Shown in pieces: positions 1-12,959 of a stretch of 64,000 bases of DNA (positions within the stretch are counted from its first letter, which is position 1; every line of letters begins with the position of its first letter). The translations under genes and the position numbers were made by a program. The notes beneath the pieces are model-generated. The model was not told the DNA's origin, made no database searches, and saw only the letters and a list, made by a program, of their open reading frames with translations. Source of the DNA: Eledone cirrhosa (Eukaryota); assembly GCA_964016885.1 (NCBI GenBank), contig OZ024760.1:10540001-10604000 (forward strand). Direction: 5' to 3'.

Positions 1-416
1 TTAAGTCATTAGACTGTGGCCATGCTGGGGCATTGCCTTTATTGGGTTTAAGTCATTAGACTGTGGCCATGCTGGGGCACTGCCTTTATTGGGTTTAAGT
101 CATTACACTGTGGCCATGCTGGGGCACTGGCTTTATTGGGTTTCAGTCATTAGACTGTGGCCATGCTGGGGCACTGGCTTTATTGGGTTTCAGTCATTAG
201 ACTGTGGCCATGCTGGGGCACTGGCTTTATTGGGTTTCAGTCATTAGACTGTGGCCATGCTGGGGCACTGGCTTTATTGGGTTTAAGTCATTACACTGTG
301 GCCATGCTGGGGCACTGCCTTTATTGGGTTTAAGTCATTAGACTGTGGCCATGCTGGGGCACTGCCTTTATTGGGTTTAAGTCATTAGACTGTGGCCATG
401 CTGGGGCACTGGCTTA
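1..416. repeat. 47-bp minisatellite, ~9 copies
   Basis: ttaagtcattagactgtggccatgctggggcactgcctttattgggt. Confidence 0.95.
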
Positions 417-576
417 TCTAAATATCAGTATATCCACAAGGTACACAATATATGTGAATATTCATATGTGTGTGTGTGTATGTGTATGTGTAGTTGTGTG
501 TATGTATGTGTAGTTGTTTGTGTGTGTAGTCGTGTGTATGTGTGTGTAGTTGTGTGTGTGTGTGTGTGTGTGTTAC

Positions 577-668
577 CTTGATATCAATATATCCACGAGG
601 TAGACAGTGATATCCACCCAACTTCTGTAACAACAGGAATGTCTTCTCACTACAATGGATCTTCAATG
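577..668 (-). CDS. Receptor guanylyl cyclase exon 19 (gene continues beyond window start)
   Basis: tttcAG; ALKIHCSEKT...LGGYHCLPRGYIDIK; donor GTAACA; the expected next exon (GKG...) was not found in the window. Confidence 0.93.
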
Positions 669-673
669 CTGAA

Positions 674-704
<31 letters not shown>

Positions 705-727
705 GTAGTAGTAGTAGCAGCAGCAGT

Positions 728-1436
728 AGTGCTATGATAAAATACACCCAGTACACTCTGTAAAGTGGTAGTACTGGTGCCATGTTAAAATACACCCAGT
801 ACACTCTGTAAAGTGGTAGTATTGGTGCCCTGTTAAAATACACCCAGTACACTCTGTAAAGTGGTAGTGCTGGTGCCCTGTTAAAATACACCCAGTACAC
901 TCTGCAAAGTGGTAGTACTGGTGCCATGTTAAAATACACCCAGTACACTCTGCAAAGTGGTAGTACTGGTGCCATGTTAAAATACACCCAGTACACTCTG
1001 TAAAGTAGTAGTACTGGTGTCTGTTAAAATACACCCAGTACACTCTGTAAAGTGGTAGTACTGGTGCCCTGTTAAAATACACCCAGTACACTATGTAAAG
1101 TGGTAGTGCTGGTACCATGTTAAAATACACCCAGTACACTCTGTAAAGTGGTAGTACTGGTGCCCTGTTAAAATACACCCAGTACACTCTGTAAAGTGGT
1201 AGTATTGGTGCCCTGTTAAAATACACCCAGTACACTCTGTAAAGTGGTAGTTCTGGTGCCCTGTTAAAATACACTCTGTAAAGTGGTAGTGTTGGTACCA
1301 TGTTAAAATACACCCAGTACACTCTGTAAAGTGGTAGTGCTGGTGCCATGATAAAATACACCTGTTAAAATACACTCTGTAAAGTGGTAGTGTTGGTACC
1401 ATGTTAAAATACACCCAGTTCACTCTGTAAAGTGGT
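728..1436. repeat. ~48-bp minisatellite derived from a SINE internal segment (same unit at 61528-61790; related arrays at 34240-34480 and 47170-47830)
   Basis: aaaatacacccagtacactctgtaaagtggtagtactggtgcc.tgtt. Confidence 0.9.
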
Positions 1437-1679
1437 TAGCATGAGGAATGGCATCCAGTTGTAGGAATCATACTAGAAATAAAATGTATGAAAGCAAGAC
1501 AGGGTCCTATGTTGATAGACAATAACTCTGATAAATACTGACTTGTTCTGTAACAACCCATCTGACCCACACCTGCAGGGAAGCATGGAAGTAAAACGAT
1601 GATGATGATGATGGTGATGACAACAGTGATGTTGGTGACAATGACGATGATGATGATGACAATCCTACTATCTCCACTA

Positions 1680-2322
<643 letters not shown>

Positions 2323-2329
2323 TCACCTA

Positions 2330-3405
2330 AAAGTCTTAGGGCACTATTTGCAGTATTATTTCAAACATCCTACCTGTTTGTGGCTCAAGTATAGAGATGA
2401 CCTTTCTGAGGACATGAAACGTCAAGCATAATTCCAGTACCCTGGCATGGAAGGTATCAGTGATGTTGCTAAATTCAGAGGGAGCTTAAAGGTTGAATAT
2501 GCTGTCCTGCCACTGGACAGCAAAGTTGCAGCAATCCCAGATGAGACCACAGCCTCCGCAATATCCTTGTGCTACCTAACTTTTGCAAGCAGGAGCTTTG
2601 TTACAAATGTTCATCCTGTCCCCCCAGGTGCGTCAAGGAAGAAGATACCACCTTTTCGGTGATGCACATGGTCAACAACAGAGCATTGATTGACATAGAA
2701 GACAGGATTGTTCCACTGGGTGGAAATGATTTGCCCACATATGGCCTGCTCCAAACAATCTGGACAGGGTCAAATACCCTTCTCACAGCTATCCTATGAG
2801 AAACATCCTATAACAATGATGCTCTTGCCCAATATGTTATTGAAACTGAACCGCAACTGCTTCCAGACCAACAACGGGCTTACAGCACTATTGTTGACCA
2901 TGTGCACCACCGAAAAGGTGGTATCTTCTTCCTCGACGCACCTGGGGGGACAGGATGAAGATTTGAAACAAAGCTCCTCCTTGCAAAAGTTAGGTAGCAC
3001 AAGGATATTGCGGAGGCTGTGGTCTCATCTGGGATTGCTGCAACTTTGTTGTCCAGTGGCAGGACAGCGCATTCAACCTTTAAGCTCCCTCTGAATTTAG
3101 CAACATCTGACACGCCTACACGCAACATCAGCAAGAGCTCAGACCAGGTGCAAGTCCTCAGAAGCTGTCACCTCATTGTGAGGGATGAAGGCACCATGGC
3201 TCACAAAGGAGCTCTGGAAGCAGTAGATAGAGCCCTAAAAGATATCAGAGACTATCAGGCTCCAATGGTGTAACGCTTCTGTTGTCTGGTGATTTCAGGC
3301 AGACTCTTCCCGTCATTCCCAAAGGCATCAGGGCAGATGAAGTCCAAGGATGCCTTAAGTCCTCTCCATTGTGGTAACACGTTACAACACTGACCCTTAC
3401 CACTG
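2330..3405 (+). mobile_element. Helitron Rep/Hel fragment (PIF1-type helicase), degenerate, with internal inversion
   Basis: FFLDAPGGTG, SSGIAATLL..GRTAHSTFKLPL, DE.TMAHK.ALEAVDRALKDIRD, LLSGDFRQTLPVIPKG; stops and frameshifts. Confidence 0.85.
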
Positions 3406-3514
3406 CAGCAACCTACATTCCGAGGGCTCCTGGATACATTCTCCGTACGTTGTTTGGCTCAGTTCAGCCAATTGCTACCAGCGTAGGAAAATGTATCTCG
3501 ACTTCCGCCCAGAA

Positions 3515-4630
3515 GTGAAGTGTTATACAGTGTTGTGAAGTTTTATACAGTGTTGTGAAGTTTTATACAGTATTGTGAAGTGTTATACAGTGTTGTGAAG
3601 TATTATACAGTGTTGTGAAGTGTTATACAGTGTTGTGAAGTGTTATACAGTATTGTGAAGTGTTATACAGTGTTGTGAAGTATTATACAGTGTTGTGAAG
3701 TTTTATACAGTGTTGTGAAGTGTTATACAGTATTGTGAAGTGTTATACAGTGTTGTGAAGTTTTATACAGTGTTGTGAAGTTTTATACAGTATTGTGAAG
3801 TGTTATACAGTGTTGTGAAGTATTATACAGTGTTGTGAAGTGTTATACAGTGTTGTGAAGTGTTATACAGTATTGTGAAGTGTTATACAGTGTTGTGAAG
3901 TATTATACAGTGTTGTGAAGTTTTATACAGTGTTGTGAAGTGTTATACAGTATTGTGAAGTGTTATACAGTGTTGTGAAGTATTATACAGTGTTGTGAAG
4001 TGTTATACAGTGTTGTGAAGTATTATGCAGTGTTGTGAAGTGTTATACAGTGTTGTGAAGTGTTATACAGTATTGTGAAGTGTTATACAGTGTTGTGAAG
4101 TGTTATACAGTGTTGTGAAGTGTTATACAGTGTTGTGAAGTGTTATACAGTATTGTGAAGTGTTATACAGTATTGTGAAGTGTTATACAGTGTTGTGAAG
4201 TGTTATACAGTGTTGTGAAGTGTTGTAAAGTGTTGTGAAGTGTTATACAGTATTGTGAAGTGTTATACAGTGTTGTGAAGTGTTATACAGTGTTGTGAAG
4301 TGTTATACAGTATTGTGAAGTGTTATACAGTATTGTGAAGTGTTATACAGTATTGTGAAGTGTTATACAGTGTTGTGAAGTGTTATACAGTGTTGTGAAG
4401 TGTTATACAGTGTTGTGAAGTGTTATACAGTGTTGTGAACTGTTATACAGTATTGTGAAGTGTTATACAGTATTGTGAAGTGTTATACAGTGTTGTGAAG
4501 TGTTATACAGTGTTGTGAAGTGTTATACAGTATTGTGAAGTGTTATACAGTATTGTGAAGTGTTATACAGTGTTGTGAAGTGTTATACAGTGTTGTGAAG
4601 TGTTGTAAAGTCTTGTAATGTCTTGTAATG
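3515..4630. repeat. 20-bp minisatellite, ~55 copies
   Basis: tgttatacagtgttgtgaag. Confidence 0.97.
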
Positions 4631-4676
4631 TCTTTGACTTTTTAGTGAAGAATTTTCTCCATAAGTTTCTACTAAC

Positions 4677-4920
4677 CTGAATGGATGCCAATTCTTAACT
4701 TAATCCTTTCATGCGGTCTGTGTCGTATTTTAAAATGTTTGATGACACTCAGCAAATGGATTGACATAGAAGCTATTTCGCCAGCATGCATGTCACCATT
4801 GCGCTCAGGAAGGCCACTTGCTACCATGTATGCATCTCCAATAGTCTCCACCTTGTACACCGAATAGTCTCCTATGATACTGTCAAAGCAGGTGTAAAGG
4901 TCGTTGAGTAAATCGACAAC
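4677..4920 (-). CDS. Receptor guanylyl cyclase exon 17 (catalytic domain)
   Basis: [13 protein letters not shown]...[18 protein letters not shown]...LRIGIHSG; GTP-specifying Glu and second Asp present. Confidence 0.97.
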
Positions 4921-5643
4921 CTATAAGTAGAACAAAATATCATCATCGTCATCTTCATTGTCATTTTCATCAGCATCATCATCCTTCTGCTCTTCAACAC
5001 CATATGTATTATATATATATTATATATATATTATATATCTATACTATAAATGAGAGTGTATGTGTGTGTATGTATATGTGTATGTGTATGTGTGTATGTA
5101 TATGTGTGTATGTGTATGTGTGTATGTGTATATGTGTATGTGTATGTGTGTGTATATGTATATGTGTATGTATATGTGTATGTGTGTATATGTGTATGTG
5201 TGTATATGTATATGTGTATGTGTATGTGTATGTGTATGTGTGTATATGTGTATGTGTGTATATGTGTATGTGTGTATATGTATATGTATATGTGTATGTG
5301 TATGTGTATGTGTGTATATGTGTATGTGTGTATATGTATATGTGTATGTGTATGTGTGTATATGTCTTCCAAAGGCTCCAAACGGTTTTCATTTTCGAAA
5401 TCTGAGTCCCAAGGAGTGGTTTAGGATCGTTAGTTATCAAAATAATAATTGTTTCTACTTTAAGCACAAGGCCAGCAATTACCCCAGTGTATTACTGGTA
5501 CTTTATTTTATCGACCCCGTAAGGCAAAGTTAACCTCGGCGGGATTTGAACTCAGACCGTAAAGGGACGTAACTCTATGCTTCAAAGCATGGCGTCCGAC
5601 CCTCTACCGATACTGCCAATCCACCGCCCTAACCCTAGATATA

Positions 5644-5676
<33 letters not shown>

Positions 5677-5856
5677 AAACTTTGGTAATGGAGTAGCTAT
5701 ATATTGTATTGTTCACTTTCTAATTATATATATATCGACTTTGATAGCTCGAGATAGTTCGAGACATGGTCCTTGTATGGATCTGGCTGATTCTACCCTG
5801 AGGGTGATTTTTGATGATAACACCCCAGTGATAAAATTTGCTCTGAACGAAATACC

Positions 5857-5947
5857 CGTGTCTGAAAGAACCTGCAGCAGTAGAATCAGCCAGATCCATA
5901 CAGGGACCACATCTCAAGCTATCTGCCGGTGAAACAATTGTAACACG
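5857..5947 (+). ncRNA. Type-I hammerhead motif with long stem II (core carries a 1-nt insertion)
   Basis: Stem I cgtgt/acacg; CTGAAAGA; stem II acc.gcag/ctgc.ggt; GAAA 5931-34; palindromic stem III ACAATTGT; GUA triplet; AATAAA follows; lies between (TA)n tracts. Confidence 0.7.
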
Positions 5948-5992
5948 CAATAAATTAAGTCCAGATGCATTACTGATTTTTCGTTTTCTCTA

Positions 5993-6069
<77 letters not shown>

Positions 6070-6082
6070 GTGTAAGAATTAC

Positions 6083-6206
6083 CTGAAGTGGTGTACTGAG
6101 GGCTGAGAGGGAAGTGAAGCCAGCAATATCACTAAAATATATTGTTACATTTTGATATTCTTCTGGTATGACAGGACTTCCAATCTTCAAACTTTCAGCA
6201 ACTGAT
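6083..6206 (-). CDS. Receptor guanylyl cyclase exon 16 (catalytic domain)
   Basis: [34 protein letters not shown]; first metal-binding Asp present. Confidence 0.96.
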
Positions 6207-6239
6207 CTGTAAATATCGATATTGATAAAGATTGAGTTA

Positions 6240-6485
6240 TCTATAGTGATTGTTAAACTGTCTATAGTGATTGTTAAGGCAGTAAATTGACAGAGTCACT
6301 AGGGTGTCGGTTTAGTGGTCTATAGTGGATGTTAAGGTAGTAAATTGACAGAGTCACTAGGGTGTCGGTTTAGTGGTCTATAGTGGATGTTAAGGTAGTA
6401 AATTGACAGAGTCACTAGGGTGTCGGTTTAGTGGTCTATAGTGGATGTTAAGGTAGTAAATTGACAGAGTCACTAGGGTGTCGGA
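6240..6485. repeat. 58-bp tandem repeat, ~4 copies
   Basis: tctatagtggatgttaaggtagtaaattgacagagtcactagggtgtcggtttagtgg. Confidence 0.9.
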
Positions 6486-6570
6486 AGATTTAATATCACA
6501 TAGTGAATATCTCTACTGTTTAATATGATATAATTTATCACTCTCGCACTCTCTTTCTCTTTATCACTCT

Positions 6571-6624
<54 letters not shown>

Positions 6625-6744
6625 CTCTTTCTAACTACACTCACTAACTTTCTTTCTCTGGAAGAAAATAGCTGTGTTCTGATCCATGTGTCAGGATGGT
6701 AGGAGGGCTCCCCTAAACTCCATCAGTTAAGGGTCAACTGACTG

Positions 6745-6985
6745 ACTGCTGGTGGGAATAGCCTACTGAGGGGTTTCCATAGTTACTGCTGGTGGGAATA
6801 TCCTACTGAGGGGTTTCCATAGTTACTGCTGGTGGGAATAGCCTACTGAGGGGTTTCCATAGTTACTGCTGGTGGGAATATCCTACTGAGGGGTTTCCAT
6901 AGTTACTGCTGGTGGGAATATTCTACTGAGGGGTTTCCATAGTTACTGCTGGTGGGAATATCCTACTGAGGGGTTTCCATAGTTA
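6745..6985. repeat. 40-bp tandem repeat, 6 copies
   Basis: actgctggtgggaatatcctactgaggggtttccatagtt. Confidence 0.93.
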
Positions 6986-7011
6986 TCACTAGTGTGATTG
7001 AAATATCTCAC

Positions 7012-7152
7012 CTAGGTAACATCCTCATCAGTAAATTTTCACTCTTCTTCTTCTCCTCTTCCAGTTCCATTGTCCTCTGAGCCACCAGAATCTCCAGATT
7101 TTCAGCATGTTTCTCCATCAAACCCATTATATGGTCATATATGTTTGCTTTC
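7012..7152 (-). CDS. Receptor guanylyl cyclase exon 15 (coiled-coil/dimerisation helix)
   Basis: KANIYDHIMGLMEKHAENLEILVAQRTMELEEEKKKSENLLMRMLP; donor GTGAGA. Confidence 0.95.
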
Positions 7153-8789
7153 CTGAAAATAAAGGTCTGACATAATATCATATCACTATCATCATCATCA
7201 TCATCATCATTTTACATCTATTTTTCTTACCTGCAGAGTCAGACGTATTGTCATGTTCATAGGCTAGAGAGATCAGATGACAGAATCTCACTCACGCAAT
7301 CTGTGTTGGGCTTGGTTTCCACAGATGGATGCCCTTCCTAATGCCAACCACATCACAGTGTATACTGGGTACATTTTATTGTGGCACCAGCACTACTACC
7401 TTACAGGGTGGACTGGGTGTATTTTATCATGGCACCAGCACTACCCCTTTACAGTGTATACTGGGTGGTTTTTATTGTGTAACCAAGAGTAAAGACCACC
7501 TTCAGTCATAAATGACTATGGGGTTTGTACCTAGAAAGTTTGCCTCCGAGGCACAAGTCCAGGCAAGGTTGTTTGTGGAAGACCAACAGTCGCCCATGTA
7601 TACCAGCCTCCCCTCTCCATGCCACTGATGATGTCCAAGGGAAAGGCAATGGCCAAACAACTTGGCACCGGTGACGTCGCAACTCATTTCTACAGCTGAG
7701 TGAACTGGAGCAACGTGAAGTAAAGTGACTTGCTCAAGAACACAACACAAAGCCCGACCTGAGAATCGAACTCACAATCGTGCGATTGTAAGCATGATGC
7801 TCCAACCACTAAGCCATGCGCTATCATTTTACAGTGTGTACTGGGTGCTTTTTATTGTGTAACCAGCACTACCATTTTACAGTGTGTAGCAGCACAACCA
7901 TTTTACAGAGAAGACTGGGTGTATTTTATTGTAGCACCAATACTACCACTTGACATTGTGGATTTCAAAGTATGTTTCCAATATAATAATTGTTTCTACT
8001 TTAGGCACAAGGCCAGCAAATACCCAGTGCATTACTGGTACTTTATTTTATCGACCCCGTAAGGATGAAAGGCAAAGTTAACCTCGGCGGGATTTGAACT
8101 CAGATCGCAAAGGGACATAACTATGCTGGAAAGCATGGCGTCCGACTCTCTACTGATACTGCCAATCCACCACCCGTTTCCAATATAATAATGACAATAA
8201 GAAACAAAAATAAACTGAAGATTGCAGTTTTCCTCTACCAAATCAGGGTTATAGTATTATACTTGACGATCTTGTGAGGTGGAATGGCTGGTGTAGCAGG
8301 TATTGCTGGTTTTCATCATCTTGTTCACAGACCACACCTAAGATTTACTGTTCAGTAAAGGAAGCAGATAGACAGTGAATATGCAGAGTCATTAGAAGGT
8401 TGGATAAAATGCTTTATGGTATTTGTTAAGCTCTGTTCTCTAAGTTCAAATCCTACCGAGATCAATTTTGCCTTTCATCCTTTCAAGATGGATAAAAAAT
8501 GTACCAGTCTAATACTGGGGTCAATTCTTTCTTTATATCTCTTTCTCATTTCCTCTCTCTCCCTTTCTATCTTTCTCTGGAAGAAATCTGCTGTACTCTG
8601 GCCCCTGGAAAGGGATAGGCTCTGCCAGACTTAAAATGTCCAAGAAATGCTGTATGTCAATACAGCGTCCCTACCACTCTATCAGGAGTTACAGGGCCAT
8701 ACTAGCAAAGGATGCAGAGTTTTACTCTCCACCCCACCTTTATATTTTCCTTTCTTTATATTGCTAGGTAACAGTACATTTATACTTAC

Positions 8790-8970
8790 TGATCTTGTAC
8801 AAACAGCTTTAATCTGAACTTTATGGCTCTGAATTCTAATCTCTCTTCTGGAATCTCTCTCCAACATTCCTCCATACATCGAACCACATTCTCATCCATC
8901 GAAAGTCCTTGAGTGTTTGGTCTGAGTGGGTTCTGTCCCTCGTTATGGTTTTGCAATCGCCTTATAACTT
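8790..8970 (-). CDS. Receptor guanylyl cyclase exon 14 (end of KHD)
   Basis: EVIRRL...PLRP...CMEECWREIPEERLEF..IK.RLK; donor GTAAGT; acceptor is a weak aAG. Confidence 0.85.
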
Positions 8971-9014
8971 CTTTCAACATAAATTTCAAATTAAATAATG
9001 AAAAAAAAAAAGTT

Positions 9015-9325
9015 TTTTAAATAGTGACACATTTTAAAAGGTAACACATTTTAAATAGTGACATATTTTAAAAGGTGACACATTTTAAAAAGGTGACATA
9101 TTTTAAATAGTGACACATTTTAAAAGGTGACATATTTTAAATAGTGACACATTTTAAATAGTGACATATTTTAAAAGGTGACACATTTTAAAAAGGTGAC
9201 ATATTTTAAATAGTGACACATTTTAAAAGGTGACATATTTTAAATAGTGACACATTTTAAATAGTGACATATTTTAAATAGTGACACATTTTAAAAGGTG
9301 ACACATTTTAAAAGGTGACATATTG
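9015..9325. repeat. 18-19-bp minisatellite
   Basis: ttttaaa(t/a)(a)ggtgaca(c/t)at. Confidence 0.9.
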
Positions 9326-9801
9326 TGTTAAGTCAAAGGTGTCTCACAGGCTCTGTAAAGGTTACTGGGTACTACCATCTCCTCCCACCAATCAGAGAGG
9401 CCGTGAAAAGGGTCATGACCACTGCCCCTCCCTCCCTTCCTTTCTAAGCAGTCAAGAAAAACTAAAACAAATAAAGAGCAGACAATAGGAGGAGATTTGA
9501 TCAACAAGATCCCAGCCCTTGGGGTGGAGCTCATCAAATCGGATCAAGGAGACAATGTTTCCATTTGTCATTCCAATAGTTGACACTATCTACCTTTCAC
9601 AACTCTTAGTGGAAGGAGCAACATGAAATAAAGTGTCTTGTTCAAGGACATAACGCATCACCTGGTCGGGGAATTGAACTCACAACCTCACAATCGCGAA
9701 TTCAACTCTCTAACCACTCGGCCACGTGTTTTCACAAAAGACTAGGAAGAGATTAAATTTGAAAAGAGAAGAGAAATGTGTTTTGTTTGAGAAACACTTA
9801 C

Positions 9802-9951
9802 CATGTTTGGGAAAGTTTGTGTCTTGCCAGGGACCATGGCGTGCATGGATCTCATATAATATCAGGGCAAATGAGTAGCTGTCCCCTTTCTGGGTACCAT
9901 TTAGGTTTCGGCAGGGACTTCTTAACAGTTCTGGTGCCGTATATAGCAGCC
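9802..9951 (-). CDS. Receptor guanylyl cyclase exon 13 (KHD)
   Basis: RLLYTAPELLR...GTQKGDSYSFALILYEI..RHGPW; donor GTAAGT. Confidence 0.93.
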
Positions 9952-11730
9952 CTGGTTGGTTATAACATGGAGAGAGAAAATATCATTTTAAACACACAGA
10001 CTGTACCACACACATATACATACACACATATACATACACACCACACACATATACATATACACCTATACATACACACCACACACATATACATATACACACA
10101 CCACACACACACATATACATACACACCACACACATATACATACACACCACACACATATACATACACACCACACACATATACATACACACCACACACATAT
10201 ACATACACACACCACACACATACACACCACACACCACACACATACACACCACACACCACACATACTCACACATACACACATATACACCACACAGCTATAC
10301 ACACAGTTGGTGATAAAATAACAAAGGGAGGAAAAAGATGGGGAAAGGGCAAGGATTGTTAAGAAACAAAAGGAAAGGGGGAGGCTGACAGACTCTACAC
10401 CTACTCTAGGAACCCAAATGATAGGGGGTGGAATAAGCAGGAGGTGGGGTGGAATAAGCAGGGGCTGGGGTGGAATAAGTGGGAGGCGGGGGTGGAAAAA
10501 CAGAAATTTTTCTAGGTTGTCTCCATTGATTTAAAAAAAAACCCAGAATTAGTTGTTTAGTTTACATATAGAGACTCCAAACCAGTGGTTCCCAAATGGT
10601 GTGACATGCCGCAGAAGAGGGTTGCAGGTGAGGCGGAGTGATTGAAAGACAATCAAAGATTTAGAAACTTTCTTCTTCTTCTTTTTCTTCTTTTTTTTAC
10701 GTCCGCTTGCAAGGGTGGGACGGGAACTGATTCTGGCTTGATTTCTACAGCTGGATGCCCTCCCTAACACCAACCTCATTTATAGTGAGTGTTGGGTGCT
10801 TTTTGCCGTGGCACCTCCACGACCACTTTGCAGTGGAATGATATGGACCCCAGTCCCTATCATTTCTACAGCTGAGTAAACTGGAGCAATGTGAAATAAA
10901 GTGTCTTGCTCAAGGAAACAACACATCACGCTGTCTGAGAATTGAACTCACAACCTTTCGATTGCAAGGCCAATGCTCTAACCACTAAGCCATGTGCCTC
11001 CATATTATGTAGATTATATTTAACGCACTATTAGTTGTTTTTTTATTTTTAAATGTACTTTTTATCACATAAAATTTGGTGAGGCGCGAGCAAATTTTCA
11101 TTCTGAAAATGTGGCTCAGAGGAAAAAAGTTTGGGAACTACTGCCCCAAACCATCCAATTTATTTTATATAACGTATAGGATTTCAAGAAATGTTCTTTT
11201 TTTTGTCTCGTATAATGTTTTTTTAATGTATAAAGAAAATTAATTGCTGCAGGAATGCTACCACTTCAAATAAAATTTTGCTGGAGATAGATTAGCAAAA
11301 TTTAATAAGTGGGGGTGTGGGGTGGAATAAGAGCAGGTGCGGTGGGGGAGAAATCTGAAAAATTAAGACCCATGAGTCAGAATGGTGTTTCAAGCTGCAC
11401 TATGCTATCTAAAATAAAAACTAATTATCTCATTTAAATAAAACGGCGAAAAAAAATAACGATTTCTGATTTGGGGACAAGGCCAACAATTTTAGGGGGA
11501 GGGGAAAGTCAATTAAATCTACCGCAGTGTATTACTGGTACTTTATTTTATCGACCCCCGTAAGGATGAAAGGCAAAGCTAACCTCGGCGGGATTTGAAC
11601 TCAGAATGTAAAAGGGCCGTAACTCTATGCTGTGAAGCAGGATGTTTGATACTCTATTATTCTGTCCCCCCCCCAAAAAAAAATGAAAGAGGTTAAAAAA
11701 AAAATGCCAGTGAAGGTGTTCCATATTTAC

Positions 11731-11902
11731 GATTGTAATACTTTTGATCTTCCATAGATTGATGGCAACAATCATCAGGTTCCCCCAGTGTATTCAGCCC
11801 AAAGTCAGTAATCTGTAGAACCCATCTGGCATCAACAAGACAGTTGCTGGGTTTCAGGTTGCCATGGCAACTGATGTCACTGTCATGGATGAACAACATG
11901 CC
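11731..11902 (-). CDS. Receptor guanylyl cyclase exon 12 (KHD)
   Basis: GMLFIHDS...[24 protein letters not shown]; HGN in place of HRD, as in the pseudokinase domain of receptor GCs. Confidence 0.95.
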
Positions 11903-11974
11903 CTGAAAGACAGCAAGGAATATATCAAATATGGAACCATGATAGTCAACTAGCAGCCAAATCACACTCTACTG

Positions 11975-12515
11975 TCATCATCATTTTACGTTCTCTTTTC
12001 CCTGCTTGCAAGGGTGGGACGGGTCCTATTCAGCACAGCATCTCTCCACAGTCCTTCGTCATCTCCTCTGTGAGCTTCAGCGATCTGAGGTCTGCTCTCA
12101 CCACCTCCGCCCATGTTTTTCATGGTCTTCCTCTACTGTGTCTTCCTTCTACTGGGATTTCTTGGCACTTCTTTACCCAGTGGTCATCCTCCATGCGCAT
12201 CACATGTCCATACCAACGCAGTCTTCTCTCCCACACACTACAACTTATCCTTCTTATACACAGTTTCACTCTCAACTCATCTATGCTTGGTCATTCAAGC
12301 ACATTGACATTATGCATCCAACAGAGCATGCTTGCTTCATTTCTCTCCAACCGTCACATATCCTCTGCAGTTGCTGCCCATGTCTCACTACAATGCAGCA
12401 TCACGCATCTCACACAGGCATCATATAACCGGCTTTTCATACGCAGGGAGAAACCCTTCTTTGTCAACAGAAGAAGCAACTCCTTAAACTTCTTCCAACC
12501 CATCCTTATTTTAGA
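11975..12515 (-). mobile_element. RTE LINE 3' fragment
   Basis: Reverse complement is highly similar to 25960-26520. Confidence 0.85.
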
Positions 12516-12959
12516 TACTATTTTATTATAATCTTTTCTTTTTCAAAAGGACACATTAACTCTTTTGATACGAGCCCAGTCAAAAGTGGCTTTCATTCTT
12601 TGAACCAAAGCCCACCAATTTTCATCATCATCATCTTCTTCTTTGCCCACCTATTCCCGGGACAGTCGTGGGGCGATAGTCATCAAATACTTTTTCCAGC
12701 GGGTTCTGTCTGAAGCATTTGTCTTCAATTGATCCAGCTGGATTCCAAACAAAACCAACTGAGCTCATGGATGTTATCCAACTATGTTGCTTCTTGTCTA
12801 CTCCTGGGTCTTCTTGCCTGTTGGTTTTGTCCATTAAATCTGTCCAGCGATTCTTTCCTGAGACTAATTAAAATCTTCAAACAAAACTATATATAAGAAC
12901 CACATGTTACTATCTTGGTAATAAAATATTTAATGACTTTATTAAATCCCTCAAAATTC

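Noticed and set aside
8263-8337. Possible 75-nt cassette exon between GC exons 14 and 15
   Set aside because: Weak donor (GTATAA) and in-frame stop in the required phase; no support without transcripts
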